From Gammaproteobacteria bacterium (GTDB lineage Bacteria; Pseudomonadota; Gammaproteobacteria; Natronospirales; REEB76), in assembly GCA_050739335.1 (NCBI GenBank), contig JBOIBB010000014.1:18535-82534 (forward strand): a DNA stretch of 64,000 nt, in the 5' to 3' direction. The notes below the pieces were generated by a model, which made no database searches, had not been told where the DNA came from, and saw nothing but the letters and a program-made list of their open reading frames with translations. The first letter of the stretch is position 1; the number at the start of each line of letters is the position of its first letter. The position numbers and the translations under genes are program-made. This document shows, piece by piece, positions 1 to 7,908 of the stretch.

Positions 1-1
1 A

Positions 2-2728
2 AGCAGCCTGTTCGCAACCGCTGTAGCCATTTCCAGCATCAACAATGGCCGTTTCATTCTGGTTGTGGGCGCACCTGGCGGCGATGTGCTGAATGGTAGC
101 GCGGGTGTGGTCTATCTATACCAGTGCAGCCTCAACGGCGCCCCGTCTTGCACGCAAGTATCCCGGATGGCCGATCCTGCAGCGAATCTCAACGATTTCT
201 TCGGCAAAGCGGTGGCCATTTCTTCCGACGGCAACACGGTGCTCATAGGGGCACTTGGCACAACCGAACCGGGTGGCCCGGGCGTAAACAACGTACCTGA
301 GCCGCTTGTAGGGAGTGCGTATGTTTATTCAGCGGTAAATGGCATGTGGACGCCGACGCCCGCCGTGACCGCCACACTCAATGACCCGGCTCCGACCTGC
401 GGTATGTTCGTCAGTGGTGCGGGCAATTCGTATGGATGCAATGAATTCGGCTCTGCAGTGGCTTTGTCGGGAACCGGTAGTGCACTCACGGCGCTCATCG
501 GAGCGCCAGCCGCCGTGGAAAAAAATACCGGTACATTAGAGCCGGCCGAGGGTCAGGCATTCATTTTCAGCAGCAGTGGCGGTTCGTGGTCGCTATTGCC
601 GGTCACTACGTTTATCGACCCGAACAAAGTCGCTTGCAACGTCATATCGTTCGCTGAAGATGTGTGCGATCGATTCGGTGCTTCGGTAGCGCTGTCAGCC
701 GACGGTAGTATCGCGTTGGTCGGCGCACCCGATGCCGTGCCGGCCGGTAGTAATCCACCTTATGGCGAAGCCGGTGTGGTCAATCTCTACACCCAGTCCA
801 ATGGAAGCTGGAGTGATGTCAACCTTCCGGCTGCCACCTTCTCAAATCCCGACACTCAGGTGAATTCGATATCTAACGCCAACTTTGGTTTCGGCTGGTC
901 GCTGGCGGTGTCAAATAACGGCGGCAGCATCACGGTTCTGGTTGGCAACCCGGAAGCCACCGAGGGAACGAATAATGGCGGTGACGGCTATACCGGAGAA
1001 ATGGACCTGTACACGTGCAACATCTCATCTTTGCCATCCTGCGTGAATAGCCCGGTTCAGACGTTCATAGACCCATCTCTTTTAGCGAATCCAAGTGAGA
1101 CATCACCTCCCGATTATTTCGGTACGGCCGTGGCCATGTCCAGCGGTGCCGACGTGTTGCTGGCGGGCGCGCCCAACGACGCGAATGATGGTGCGGCTTA
1201 CGTATACGGTGCGACTGCCCAGGCCGCGCCGGTCGCGACGAACGGCAATCTGATCACTGCCGAGAACAGCGTGGGCAGCGGCGTTCTGTCTGCTACTGGC
1301 ACCGGTCCGCTCACCTTCGCCATCGTGACACAGCCCACGAGTGGCACAGCGACCCTCACCAATGCCGCAACCGGTGCGTTTACCTATACGCCCAACAGCG
1401 GATTCAGCGGCACCGACAGCTTTACCTTTACCGCAAGCAACAGCGGCGGTACTTCCAACACCGCGACTGAAAGCATCACCGTGACTCCCAGTGCTTCACC
1501 GGTTGCCGAAAACGGCAGTGCCACCGGCGCTACAGGCACCGTCTTGAGCGGTACGTTGCAGGCCACCGATCCCATCACCGGACGCACGCTCACCTATATA
1601 GTGGTCGGCCAGCCGAGTGACGGCACCTTGGTCCTGACCGGCGCCAATACCGGAACCTTCACCTACACACCCACGGCCGGATTTGTCGGTACGGATAGCT
1701 TTACCTTCAAGGTAAACGACGGCTTCAGCACCTCGAATGTCGCCACCGAAACGCTCGTCGTGACTGCCATGGGTATAGGGCCGGTGGCCAACAACGGCAA
1801 TGTCAGCACCCCGGTAGCTACGCCGGTGAGCGGCACGTTATCCGCCACGGATTCGAATGCCGGTGCGACGCTGACCTTCAGTATCGTGAGCAACGTCAAT
1901 CACGGCACCGCGACGATTACGAATGCCGCCACCGGCGCCTTTACCTATACACCGTCTGCAGAGTATTTCGGTCCCGACAGCTTCACCTTTGAGGTCAAGG
2001 ACAGCACCGGCGCCACCTCGAATGTCGCGACCGAAAGCATCACCGTGACCGCGCCACTCAACGGGCCGATCGCAGTGAACGGCACGCTCACCACCAATGA
2101 AAATGTGGCGGCCAACGGTCTGCTGGTTGCCACGGATTCCAATCCAGGCGTCACACTCACCTACACGGTGATCCAACCGGCCCACGGAACCCTGACGCAG
2201 CCGGATGGGAAAAATAATGCCGCCTTCACCTACACTCCGGCCAATAATTACTCGGGACAGGATAGCTTTACGTTTTCGGTGTATGACGGCTCCGCGACTT
2301 CCAACACGGCTACCGTAACCATTACCGTAAACGCGGGTGACACCGCACCTGTCACCAAGGGTGGCGCCTACCAGACCAGCGACGACACGCCCGTGAGTGG
2401 CACGCTGAGCGCCACCAATCCGGTGTCCGGAACCTCGCTCACCTACAGCATCGTGACCGAACCTGCGCATGGCAGCGTCACCCTCACTGCGGCGACGGGC
2501 GCCTTCACCTATACCCCAGCCACCAACTACAGCGGCCAAGATAGTTTCACCTTCTCCGCGAGTAATGGGGTTTCAACCTCGAATGTTTCCACTGTCAACA
2601 TCCTGATCTTCGGCGCCACTGGTTCGCATTCCAGTGGCGGTGGTGGGTTTGCGTGGCTGGAACTGGCCGCATTCGCCGGGCTGCTGATGTTGCGCCGCCG
2701 GCGTGCACGCAAGCTGACAAGCTGGTGA
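2..2728 (+). CDS. Large secreted adhesin-like protein, 5'-truncated by the window edge. It has FG-GAP (integrin-alpha-like) repeats, five tandem ~90-aa Ig-like repeats and a GlyGly-CTERM-type tail
   Basis: The frame is open back to nt 2, and the upstream codons (..FATAVAISSINNGRFILVVGAPGG) already form an FG-GAP-like repeat, so the start at 65 is internal. FGxAVAxSxDGxxxLIGAP motifs recur. Five repeats end in FTYTPxxxFxGxDSFTFxxxDxxxxSNxATxxITV. The C-terminus is SGGGGFAWLELAAFAGLLMLRRRRARK (Gly run, hydrophobic helix, Arg cluster). Confidence 0.85.
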   Translation, partial: SSLFATAVAISSINNGRFILVVGAPGGDVLNGSAGVVYLYQCSLNGAPSCTQVSRMADPAANLNDFFGKAVAISSDGNTVLIGALGTTEPGGPGVNNVPEPLVGSAYVYSAVNGMWTPTPAVTATLNDPAPTCGMFVSGAGNSYGCNEFGSAVALSGTGSALTALIGAPAAVEKNTGTLEPAEGQAFIFSSSGGSWSLLPVTTFIDPNKVACNVISFAEDVCDRFGASVALSADGSIALVGAPDAVPAGSNPPYGEAGVVNLYTQSNGSWSDVNLPAATFSNPDTQVNSISNANFGFGWSLAVSNNGGSITVLVGNPEATEGTNNGGDGYTGEMDLYTCNISSLPSCVNSPVQTFIDPSLLANPSETSPPDYFGTAVAMSSGADVLLAGAPNDANDGAAYVYGATAQAAPVATNGNLITAENSVGSGVLSATGTGPLTFAIVTQPTSGTATLTNAATGAFTYTPNSGFSGTDSFTFTASNSGGTSNTATESITVTPSASPVAENGSATGATGTVLSGTLQATDPITGRTLTYIVVGQPSDGTLVLTGANTGTFTYTPTAGFVGTDSFTFKVNDGFSTSNVATETLVVTAMGIGPVANNGNVSTPVATPVSGTLSATDSNAGATLTFSIVSNVNHGTATITNAATGAFTYTPSAEYFGPDSFTFEVKDSTGATSNVATESITVTAPLNGPIAVNGTLTTNENVAANGLLVATDSNPGVTLTYTVIQPAHGTLTQPDGKNNAAFTYTPANNYSGQDSFTFSVYDGSATSNTATVTITVNAGDTAPVTKGGAYQTSDDTPVSGTLSATNPVSGTSLTYSIVTEPAHGSVTLTAATGAFTYTPATNYSGQDSFTFSASNGVSTSNVSTVNILIFGATGSHSSGGGGFAWLELAAFAGLLMLRRRRARKLTSW
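1226..2608 (+). repeat. Five tandem coding repeats (~270-285 nt each) inside the adhesin gene
   Basis: The protein repeats start near APVATNGN, PVAENGS, PVANNGN, PIAVNGT and APVTKGG. Antisense shadow ORFs at 1384, 1663, 1945 and 2527 all end in the same KVKLS(V/G/W)P motif, which shows DNA-level periodicity. Confidence 0.8.
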
Positions 2729-2805
2729 GGCAGTTAAGGCAGCGCACAGGTTCAATCATGGGATCGAGAATGGTTATGTGACTTCAACTAAACAGGAAGA
2801 TCGTC

Positions 2806-3351
2806 ATGCTCAGCAAGTGCCTTCTGCAAGTCGTGCTGTGTGCCGCTGCGCTGATCGTCTCATTGGCGGCACATGCGGACGCCTACGCCAACCTCAATCA
2901 GGCCAAGATAGCGTTTGATGCGGTCCATTCATGGCACGCGGTGGAGCAGATGTCGAACGGGCATACCGTGACGGTTGATCACGTGGCGCCGGATCGCTGG
3001 CGCATACAGCTTACGCCAAGCATGACGGCAATCATGATTGGTAATGACATGTACATGGTCAGGAATGGCCAAAGCATGCGCATGCCCATGGCGATGCCGC
3101 AGATCCAGCAGGTCGTGAATCAAAACTGGCTTGTCATTGACCCGGAAGTCAAGCGCACGGTTCGAGACCTCGGCATGCAAAAAGTGAATGGGGTGACACT
3201 GCATGCGTACTCGTTCACCTCGAAAGGCACGTCGGTCAAGCTGTATCTGAGCAGCGATCATCTACCCGCGGTATCCGTGGTCACTTCCAGCAACGGCAGT
3301 GCGACGATCACCTATTCGAAATATAACTCGGCGATCACTATTACTCCGTGA
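2806..3351 (+). CDS. Hypothetical secreted protein (signal peptide, Met-rich segment MRMPMAMPQ)
   Basis: The N-terminus MLSKCLLQVVLCAAALIVSLAAHADA looks like a Sec signal with an AxA cleavage site. I recognise no family. Confidence 0.6.
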   Translation: MLSKCLLQVVLCAAALIVSLAAHADAYANLNQAKIAFDAVHSWHAVEQMSNGHTVTVDHVAPDRWRIQLTPSMTAIMIGNDMYMVRNGQSMRMPMAMPQIQQVVNQNWLVIDPEVKRTVRDLGMQKVNGVTLHAYSFTSKGTSVKLYLSSDHLPAVSVVTSSNGSATITYSKYNSAITITP

Positions 3352-3635
3352 CCCGCAGCGAAGATTACGTCACCGGGCGCTACGGCTGATTCCGCAGACC
3401 GTGGGCGCGCAGGCTGAGTCTGCAAATAATCCCGTGGTGCTTGCGGCTGCAGCGTCGTGCTCAACGCACAGCCTGGAAACTTGCTGCCGAGCACGTAGGC
3501 GTCTGCCAATCCGCTCAGCACGGCCAGCATCAGCGGCACAGATTGGCCGATGATCGGTAAGTGCTGTATTTCCTGGTCACGTTTCCATGACAAAATAGTC
3601 AGGGGGTAGATCTAAACCACATCGGGGAGACCACC

Positions 3636-4274
3636 ATGAAGAAGCTGCTGTTGTTTCTGGTGCTGTTTTTAACGGCACCTCTGGCAGTGGCCGACATCGG
3701 CGTAGGCGCGGGCGTCGGTACGCTGGGTTTCAATGTGACCGGCACCTATCACTTCAATGACTTCGTATCCTTGGGCGTCGGCCTAAATCGCTACAGTGAC
3801 TCGAGAAATGCGAACTACAAGGGCATCAATTACAACGCCACTCTGAGATTTTCGTCCGAAGATCTGTTGGTGAATCTCTATCCATTCGCGGGCAGTTTCC
3901 GCTTCACCGGCGGCTGGATGCACAACGGGAATACCCTGTCCATGGCCGGAATGCCAGACCAGAATGGCAATTTCACCTTCAACGGCAATACCTATTCGGC
4001 GCAGCAGGCGGGCACGGTCACGGCCGGAATGGGATTCAACAGCAACGCGACTTATCTTGGCATCGGTTGGGGCGGAAACGGAAGCTGGGGCTTGACCCTG
4101 GATCTTGGCGTAGTGAGCCAGGGCACCCCGAAGTTCAACCTGGATGCGAGCGGCTCGGCCGTGAATCCGCAATTGGCGAATGACGTGAACCAGCAGCGGA
4201 CCACGGTTCAGAATGACGTTGACTCGTTTACCTGGTATCCGCAGGTCGCCGTGGGTTTCTATTTCCGCTTCTGA
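3636..4274 (+). CDS. Small outer-membrane beta-barrel protein
   Basis: It has a signal peptide (MKKLLLFLVLFLTAPLAVA), alternating Gly/aromatic-rich strands and a terminal aromatic signature (VAVGFYFRF). A GGGGAG RBS lies upstream. Confidence 0.75.
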   Translation: MKKLLLFLVLFLTAPLAVADIGVGAGVGTLGFNVTGTYHFNDFVSLGVGLNRYSDSRNANYKGINYNATLRFSSEDLLVNLYPFAGSFRFTGGWMHNGNTLSMAGMPDQNGNFTFNGNTYSAQQAGTVTAGMGFNSNATYLGIGWGGNGSWGLTLDLGVVSQGTPKFNLDASGSAVNPQLANDVNQQRTTVQNDVDSFTWYPQVAVGFYFRF

Positions 4275-4338
4275 CGCGGTTGCGCTGCGCGCTGTCAGTC
4301 CACTGCAGGCGCCGCATGCGGGACCGATGCGTGTGCTG

Positions 4339-4413
4339 TGGTGGGCGGTACAGGACTCGGACCTGTGACCCCTGCCGTGTGAAAGCAGTGCTCTACCGCT
4401 GAGCTAACCGCCC
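4339..4413 (-). tRNA. tRNA-Val (anticodon CAC), CCA encoded
   Basis: The reverse complement reads GGGCGGTTAGCTCAGCGGTAGAGCACTGCTTTCACACGGCAGGGGTCACAGGTCCGAGTCCTGTACCGCCCACCA. It folds as a cloverleaf with a 7-bp acceptor stem, anticodon loop TTCACAC and T-loop GTCCGAGTC. Confidence 0.9.
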
Positions 4414-4486
4414 GTCGCGAGGCGCAGATTCTACGGGTCAGGCACGGACGGGTCAAACGCTCGCCGGCACCAGCCGTCCTTTTGTG

Positions 4487-4966
4487 TCAATGCCGTTCGT
4501 AGGTTCCAATCAGCCGGTTCATGCCAACGACGTGCGGCTCGGCGCGCTTGAGAAATTCCCAGAGTGTGAGGCCCGGCGGCTGCTTGAGATCTTCGTCCAG
4601 CGCCAATAGCCAGAAGTAATAATGATGCTTGCCGTGGCCCTTGGGCGGCATCGGGCCGTTATAACCGATGTTGCCCATGTCGTTTTTGCCACGCGTGTAC
4701 TGCTTGACCGCCTCGGGAAGATCTGCAACCGCGGCCGGAATGTTGTAGAGCACCCAGTGCACGAAGCCGTAGGTGCCGTTGGCTGCCACCAGCGGAGCAT
4801 CGGGGTCGTGACATATAACCGCGAGCCCATGGGTCTTTGCGGGGAGATGGCGCCAGGTGAGCGGTGGTGAGGTGTCGGCGCCTTCGCCGGTATGTTCTTT
4901 GGGAATCGCACCGTGTGTAGGGAACGCGGTGCTGGTCAACTGCAAATCGGACGGTGCAAAGCCCAT
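4487..4966 (-). CDS. YbhB/YbcL-family PEBP (Raf kinase inhibitor-like) protein
   Basis: Motifs CHDPDAP, FVHWVLYNIP and GHGKHHYYFWLLAL are typical of bacterial phosphatidylethanolamine-binding proteins. Confidence 0.85.
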   Translation of the reverse strand: MGFAPSDLQLTSTAFPTHGAIPKEHTGEGADTSPPLTWRHLPAKTHGLAVICHDPDAPLVAANGTYGFVHWVLYNIPAAVADLPEAVKQYTRGKNDMGNIGYNGPMPPKGHGKHHYYFWLLALDEDLKQPPGLTLWEFLKRAEPHVVGMNRLIGTYERH

Positions 4967-5066
4967 GGCAACCTCCTCGCATGAAACGGCAATAGGAGCG
5001 TCAGTATAGGTTCATCGGGGCGCTAGCGTGCAGCTTGAATGCGGACAGCGCCCGTACAATGGTCCG

Positions 5067-7556
5067 ATGCAGAACTTGCCCATCGACGTACTGCTGCCCG
5101 AACTGCGGACAGTGCTGGCGCAGAGCCATACCGCAGTGATCGAAGCGCCGCCGGGTGCCGGCAAGACTACACGCGCACCGCTCGCGTTGCTCGACGCCGC
5201 CTGGCTTGCCGGCCGCAAGTTGGTAGTGCTCGAGCCACGGCGTCTCGCGGCTCGCGCCGCCGCGCAGTTCATGGCGCGCACGCTCGGCGAACCCGTGGGC
5301 AAAACGATTGGTTACCGGGTACGCATGGAAACCCGTGTCAGCGCGCGCACGCGCATCGAAATCGTCACCGAGGGCGTATTGCTCCGGTTGCTGCAAGCCG
5401 ATCCCGCGCTCGCTGATTACGGGCTAGTGATATTCGACGAATTTCACGAGCGCAGCCTGAGCGCCGATCTCGCCCTGACGTTGTGCCTGGATATGCAAGC
5501 GGTCTTGCGTCCCGATCTGCGCCTGCTGGTGATGTCGGCGACGCTCGACGGTGCGGCGGTCGCCAAGTTCCTCGGCGACGCTCCCCGGCTGCGTGCCACG
5601 GGGCGGAGTTTTCCGGTCACCACGCATTATCGTGCGCTGGATTCGCATGCGTCGCTCGAACCCCAGGTTATCCGTGTGCTCGACCAGGTGCTTGCCGGTG
5701 AGCCGGGGGGCGTACTGGTGTTTCTGCCCGGTACGCGCGAGATCCGGCGCGTCGCCGCTGGGCTCACGGAGCGTGTACCGCCCGGAACACAACTCCGTCT
5801 CCTGTACGGAGATCTCGGCCTGGAGGAGCAGGACGCCGCGATCCTTCCGGCCCCGGCAGGGCAGCGCAAACTTGTGCTCGCCACCTCGATCGCCGAGACC
5901 AGTCTCACCATCGAAGATGTACGCGTGGTCGTGGATGCGGGTCTGGCGCGCGTGCCGCGCTTCGACCCGGTGAGCGGTCTTACGCGGCTCGTGACCCAGC
6001 GCGTATCGCAAGCCTCTGCGGATCAGCGGCGTGGGCGTGCCGGGCGTTTGGCGCCCGGCGTGTGCTATCGCCTGTGGGGCGAGGCTGAGCGGCTCGAGGT
6101 GCGCACCGCGCCAGCGATTCTGCATGCCGACCTGGCACCGCTGGTGTTGGAGCTTGCCGCATGGGGCAGCGTGGATCCGCAGAAACTTCACTGGCTCGAT
6201 CCACCGCCCACTGGGGCCGTGGCGCAAGCGGCCGCACTATTGCAGCAACTGGGCGCACTCGATGTTGTGCGCCGTATCACCGCACACGGCAAAGCGCTCC
6301 TGCAATTGCCGCTGCATCCGCGGCTCGCACACATGGTCGTCAAGGGTGCGGAGCGCGGTACGGGATCGAGCGCATGTTTGCTCGCAGCGCTCCTGAGCGA
6401 ACGCGAGCTGCTGCCCAGAGAAGCGCGGCGACAAACGGATGTCGCTCCGCGTCTCGAGGCACTCGCGCAAGCCGGCGGCACGCCCAAGCGCCCAAGCGTG
6501 GGGCGGTTGCGGCGCCTGTGGGCAGTGGCCCAGGATATTGCGCGCGCGGCCGCCGTTGACACAGGCCGAGGCTGTAGCCCGGAGCACGCGGGACTGCTGC
6601 TCGCGCTTGCCTATCCCGATCGTGTGGCGCGCCGTCGCCCCGGCGGGGCGCCGCGCTATCTGCTCAGCAACGGGCGCGGTGCATTTCTGGAGGCCGACGA
6701 TGCGCTCGCGGGCTCCGACTGGCTCGCGGTGGCGGCGTTGGACGGCAACCCGCGGGAAGCGCGCATATTCCTTGCGGCGCATCTTGAGGAGTCCGTGCTG
6801 CGCCAAGTGTTGGCGGATCAGATTATCTGGCGTGAGCGCACGGAGTGGGATGTGAATGCAAGTGCGGTCAGCGCGGTGCGCGAACAATGCCTCGGCGCAA
6901 TCGTGCTCGAATCCGGGATGCTCGCGAACCCCGATCCGGAGCGTAGCGTTCAATTGCTGCTCGCGGCGATACGCCGCGCCGGCGTGGGCTGCCTGCCATG
7001 GACCGCCGCGCTGCGCAACTGGCAGGCGCGTGTCTTGTTGCTCCGCGGCCTGCAAGGTGAGCGTTGGCCGGATATTTCCGATGAGCACCTCGCGGCCACA
7101 CTCGAGGTCTGGCTCGCTCCGCATCTTGCGGGCGTTGCGCGCCTGCGGCAGCTCAGCGCGTTGCCACTGCAGGTCGTACTGGAAAGTCCGCTCGATTACC
7201 GCCAGCGCCAGAAGCTAGACGAGCTTGCCCCGGAGCACTTCCGCGTGCCCACCGGCGCGCAAATCCGGCTGGATTACACCGCGGGCGCGACTCCGGTGCT
7301 GGCGGTGCGGGTACAGGAACTCTTCGGGCTGGACGTCACACCGTGCATTGTGAATGGGCGTGTGCCACTGCTCTTGCACCTGCTGTCGCCGGCGGGCCGG
7401 CCGCTGCAGGTCACGCGGGATCTGCCCGGTTTTTGGCGCGCGAGCTATGCGGAGATCGTGAAGGAAATGCGCGGGCGCTATCCCAAACATCCGTGGCCTG
7501 ACGATCCGCTACACGCGCAGCCTACGCGTCACACAAAACGCCGGCGGGGCAAATAA
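5067..7556 (+). CDS. hrpB: ATP-dependent RNA helicase HrpB
   Basis: It has Walker A (APPGAGKTT), a DEAH-type box (FDEFHERS) and an HrpB-like N-terminus (MQNLPIDVLLPEL). The length is about 830 aa. I chose the start at ATG 5067 rather than 5028. Confidence 0.9.
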   Translation: MQNLPIDVLLPELRTVLAQSHTAVIEAPPGAGKTTRAPLALLDAAWLAGRKLVVLEPRRLAARAAAQFMARTLGEPVGKTIGYRVRMETRVSARTRIEIVTEGVLLRLLQADPALADYGLVIFDEFHERSLSADLALTLCLDMQAVLRPDLRLLVMSATLDGAAVAKFLGDAPRLRATGRSFPVTTHYRALDSHASLEPQVIRVLDQVLAGEPGGVLVFLPGTREIRRVAAGLTERVPPGTQLRLLYGDLGLEEQDAAILPAPAGQRKLVLATSIAETSLTIEDVRVVVDAGLARVPRFDPVSGLTRLVTQRVSQASADQRRGRAGRLAPGVCYRLWGEAERLEVRTAPAILHADLAPLVLELAAWGSVDPQKLHWLDPPPTGAVAQAAALLQQLGALDVVRRITAHGKALLQLPLHPRLAHMVVKGAERGTGSSACLLAALLSERELLPREARRQTDVAPRLEALAQAGGTPKRPSVGRLRRLWAVAQDIARAAAVDTGRGCSPEHAGLLLALAYPDRVARRRPGGAPRYLLSNGRGAFLEADDALAGSDWLAVAALDGNPREARIFLAAHLEESVLRQVLADQIIWRERTEWDVNASAVSAVREQCLGAIVLESGMLANPDPERSVQLLLAAIRRAGVGCLPWTAALRNWQARVLLLRGLQGERWPDISDEHLAATLEVWLAPHLAGVARLRQLSALPLQVVLESPLDYRQRQKLDELAPEHFRVPTGAQIRLDYTAGATPVLAVRVQELFGLDVTPCIVNGRVPLLLHLLSPAGRPLQVTRDLPGFWRASYAEIVKEMRGRYPKHPWPDDPLHAQPTRHTKRRRGK

Positions 7557-7574
7557 CTACTTTCAGTTTCAGAT

Positions 7575-7593
7575 CCGGCGCCGGCCGCGCCGG
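7575..7593. terminator. Candidate bidirectional hairpin between convergent hrpB and the small ORF
   Basis: CCGGCGC-cggcc-GCGCCGG forms a 7-bp GC stem with a 5-nt loop. A T-rich stretch (tttcagtttcag) lies on one side only. Confidence 0.35.
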
Positions 7594-7596
7594 CAC

Positions 7597-7815
7597 TCAG
7601 TCTTCGTCGAAAATCTCGCGCAGCTTGTGACGCAAGCGCTTTTCGTTCAGGCGGTCTTCGAGCCTGCGCCACGCCTGCGATCCGTGCGGCAGCTTGGAGG
7701 TTTTGTTGGTCGTGCCACGCTTGCGTCCGGGCCCGGAGGGCACATAGTGATCGGCACCGCTGTCCTCGGTCTCCGGAAGCAGTTCTTCGATGCTGGACGA
7801 TTTGGAAGTAGGCAC
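7597..7815 (-). CDS. Small conserved-looking hypothetical protein (72 aa) with a charged C-terminal helix
   Basis: This is the only sizeable ORF in the gap. The C-terminal WRRLEDRLNEKRLRHKLREIFDED resembles small gammaproteobacterial proteins with an RRxLEDxLEExRLRxxL tail. That family recall is uncertain. Confidence 0.5.
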   Translation of the reverse strand: MPTSKSSSIEELLPETEDSGADHYVPSGPGRKRGTTNKTSKLPHGSQAWRRLEDRLNEKRLRHKLREIFDED

Positions 7816-7908
7816 GGCAGTTTTTACCTCCTGAGGCGACTGGGGCGCGTGTTATACACGCACACACTCAGTTTGTAAATCTTGCATTTGACGCCACAGT
7901 TGCCGGCC

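Noticed and set aside
1384-2712. A series of 60-80-aa minus-strand ORFs with similar sequences, plus a 233-aa ORF at 1838-2539
   Set aside because: They are antisense reflections of the tandem repeats in the adhesin gene, not independent genes.
2620-2728. Interpreting the C-terminal tails as PEP-CTERM (exosortase) or LPXTG signals
   Set aside because: Neither a PEP nor an LPXTG motif precedes the helix. The Gly run fits the GlyGly-CTERM pattern better.
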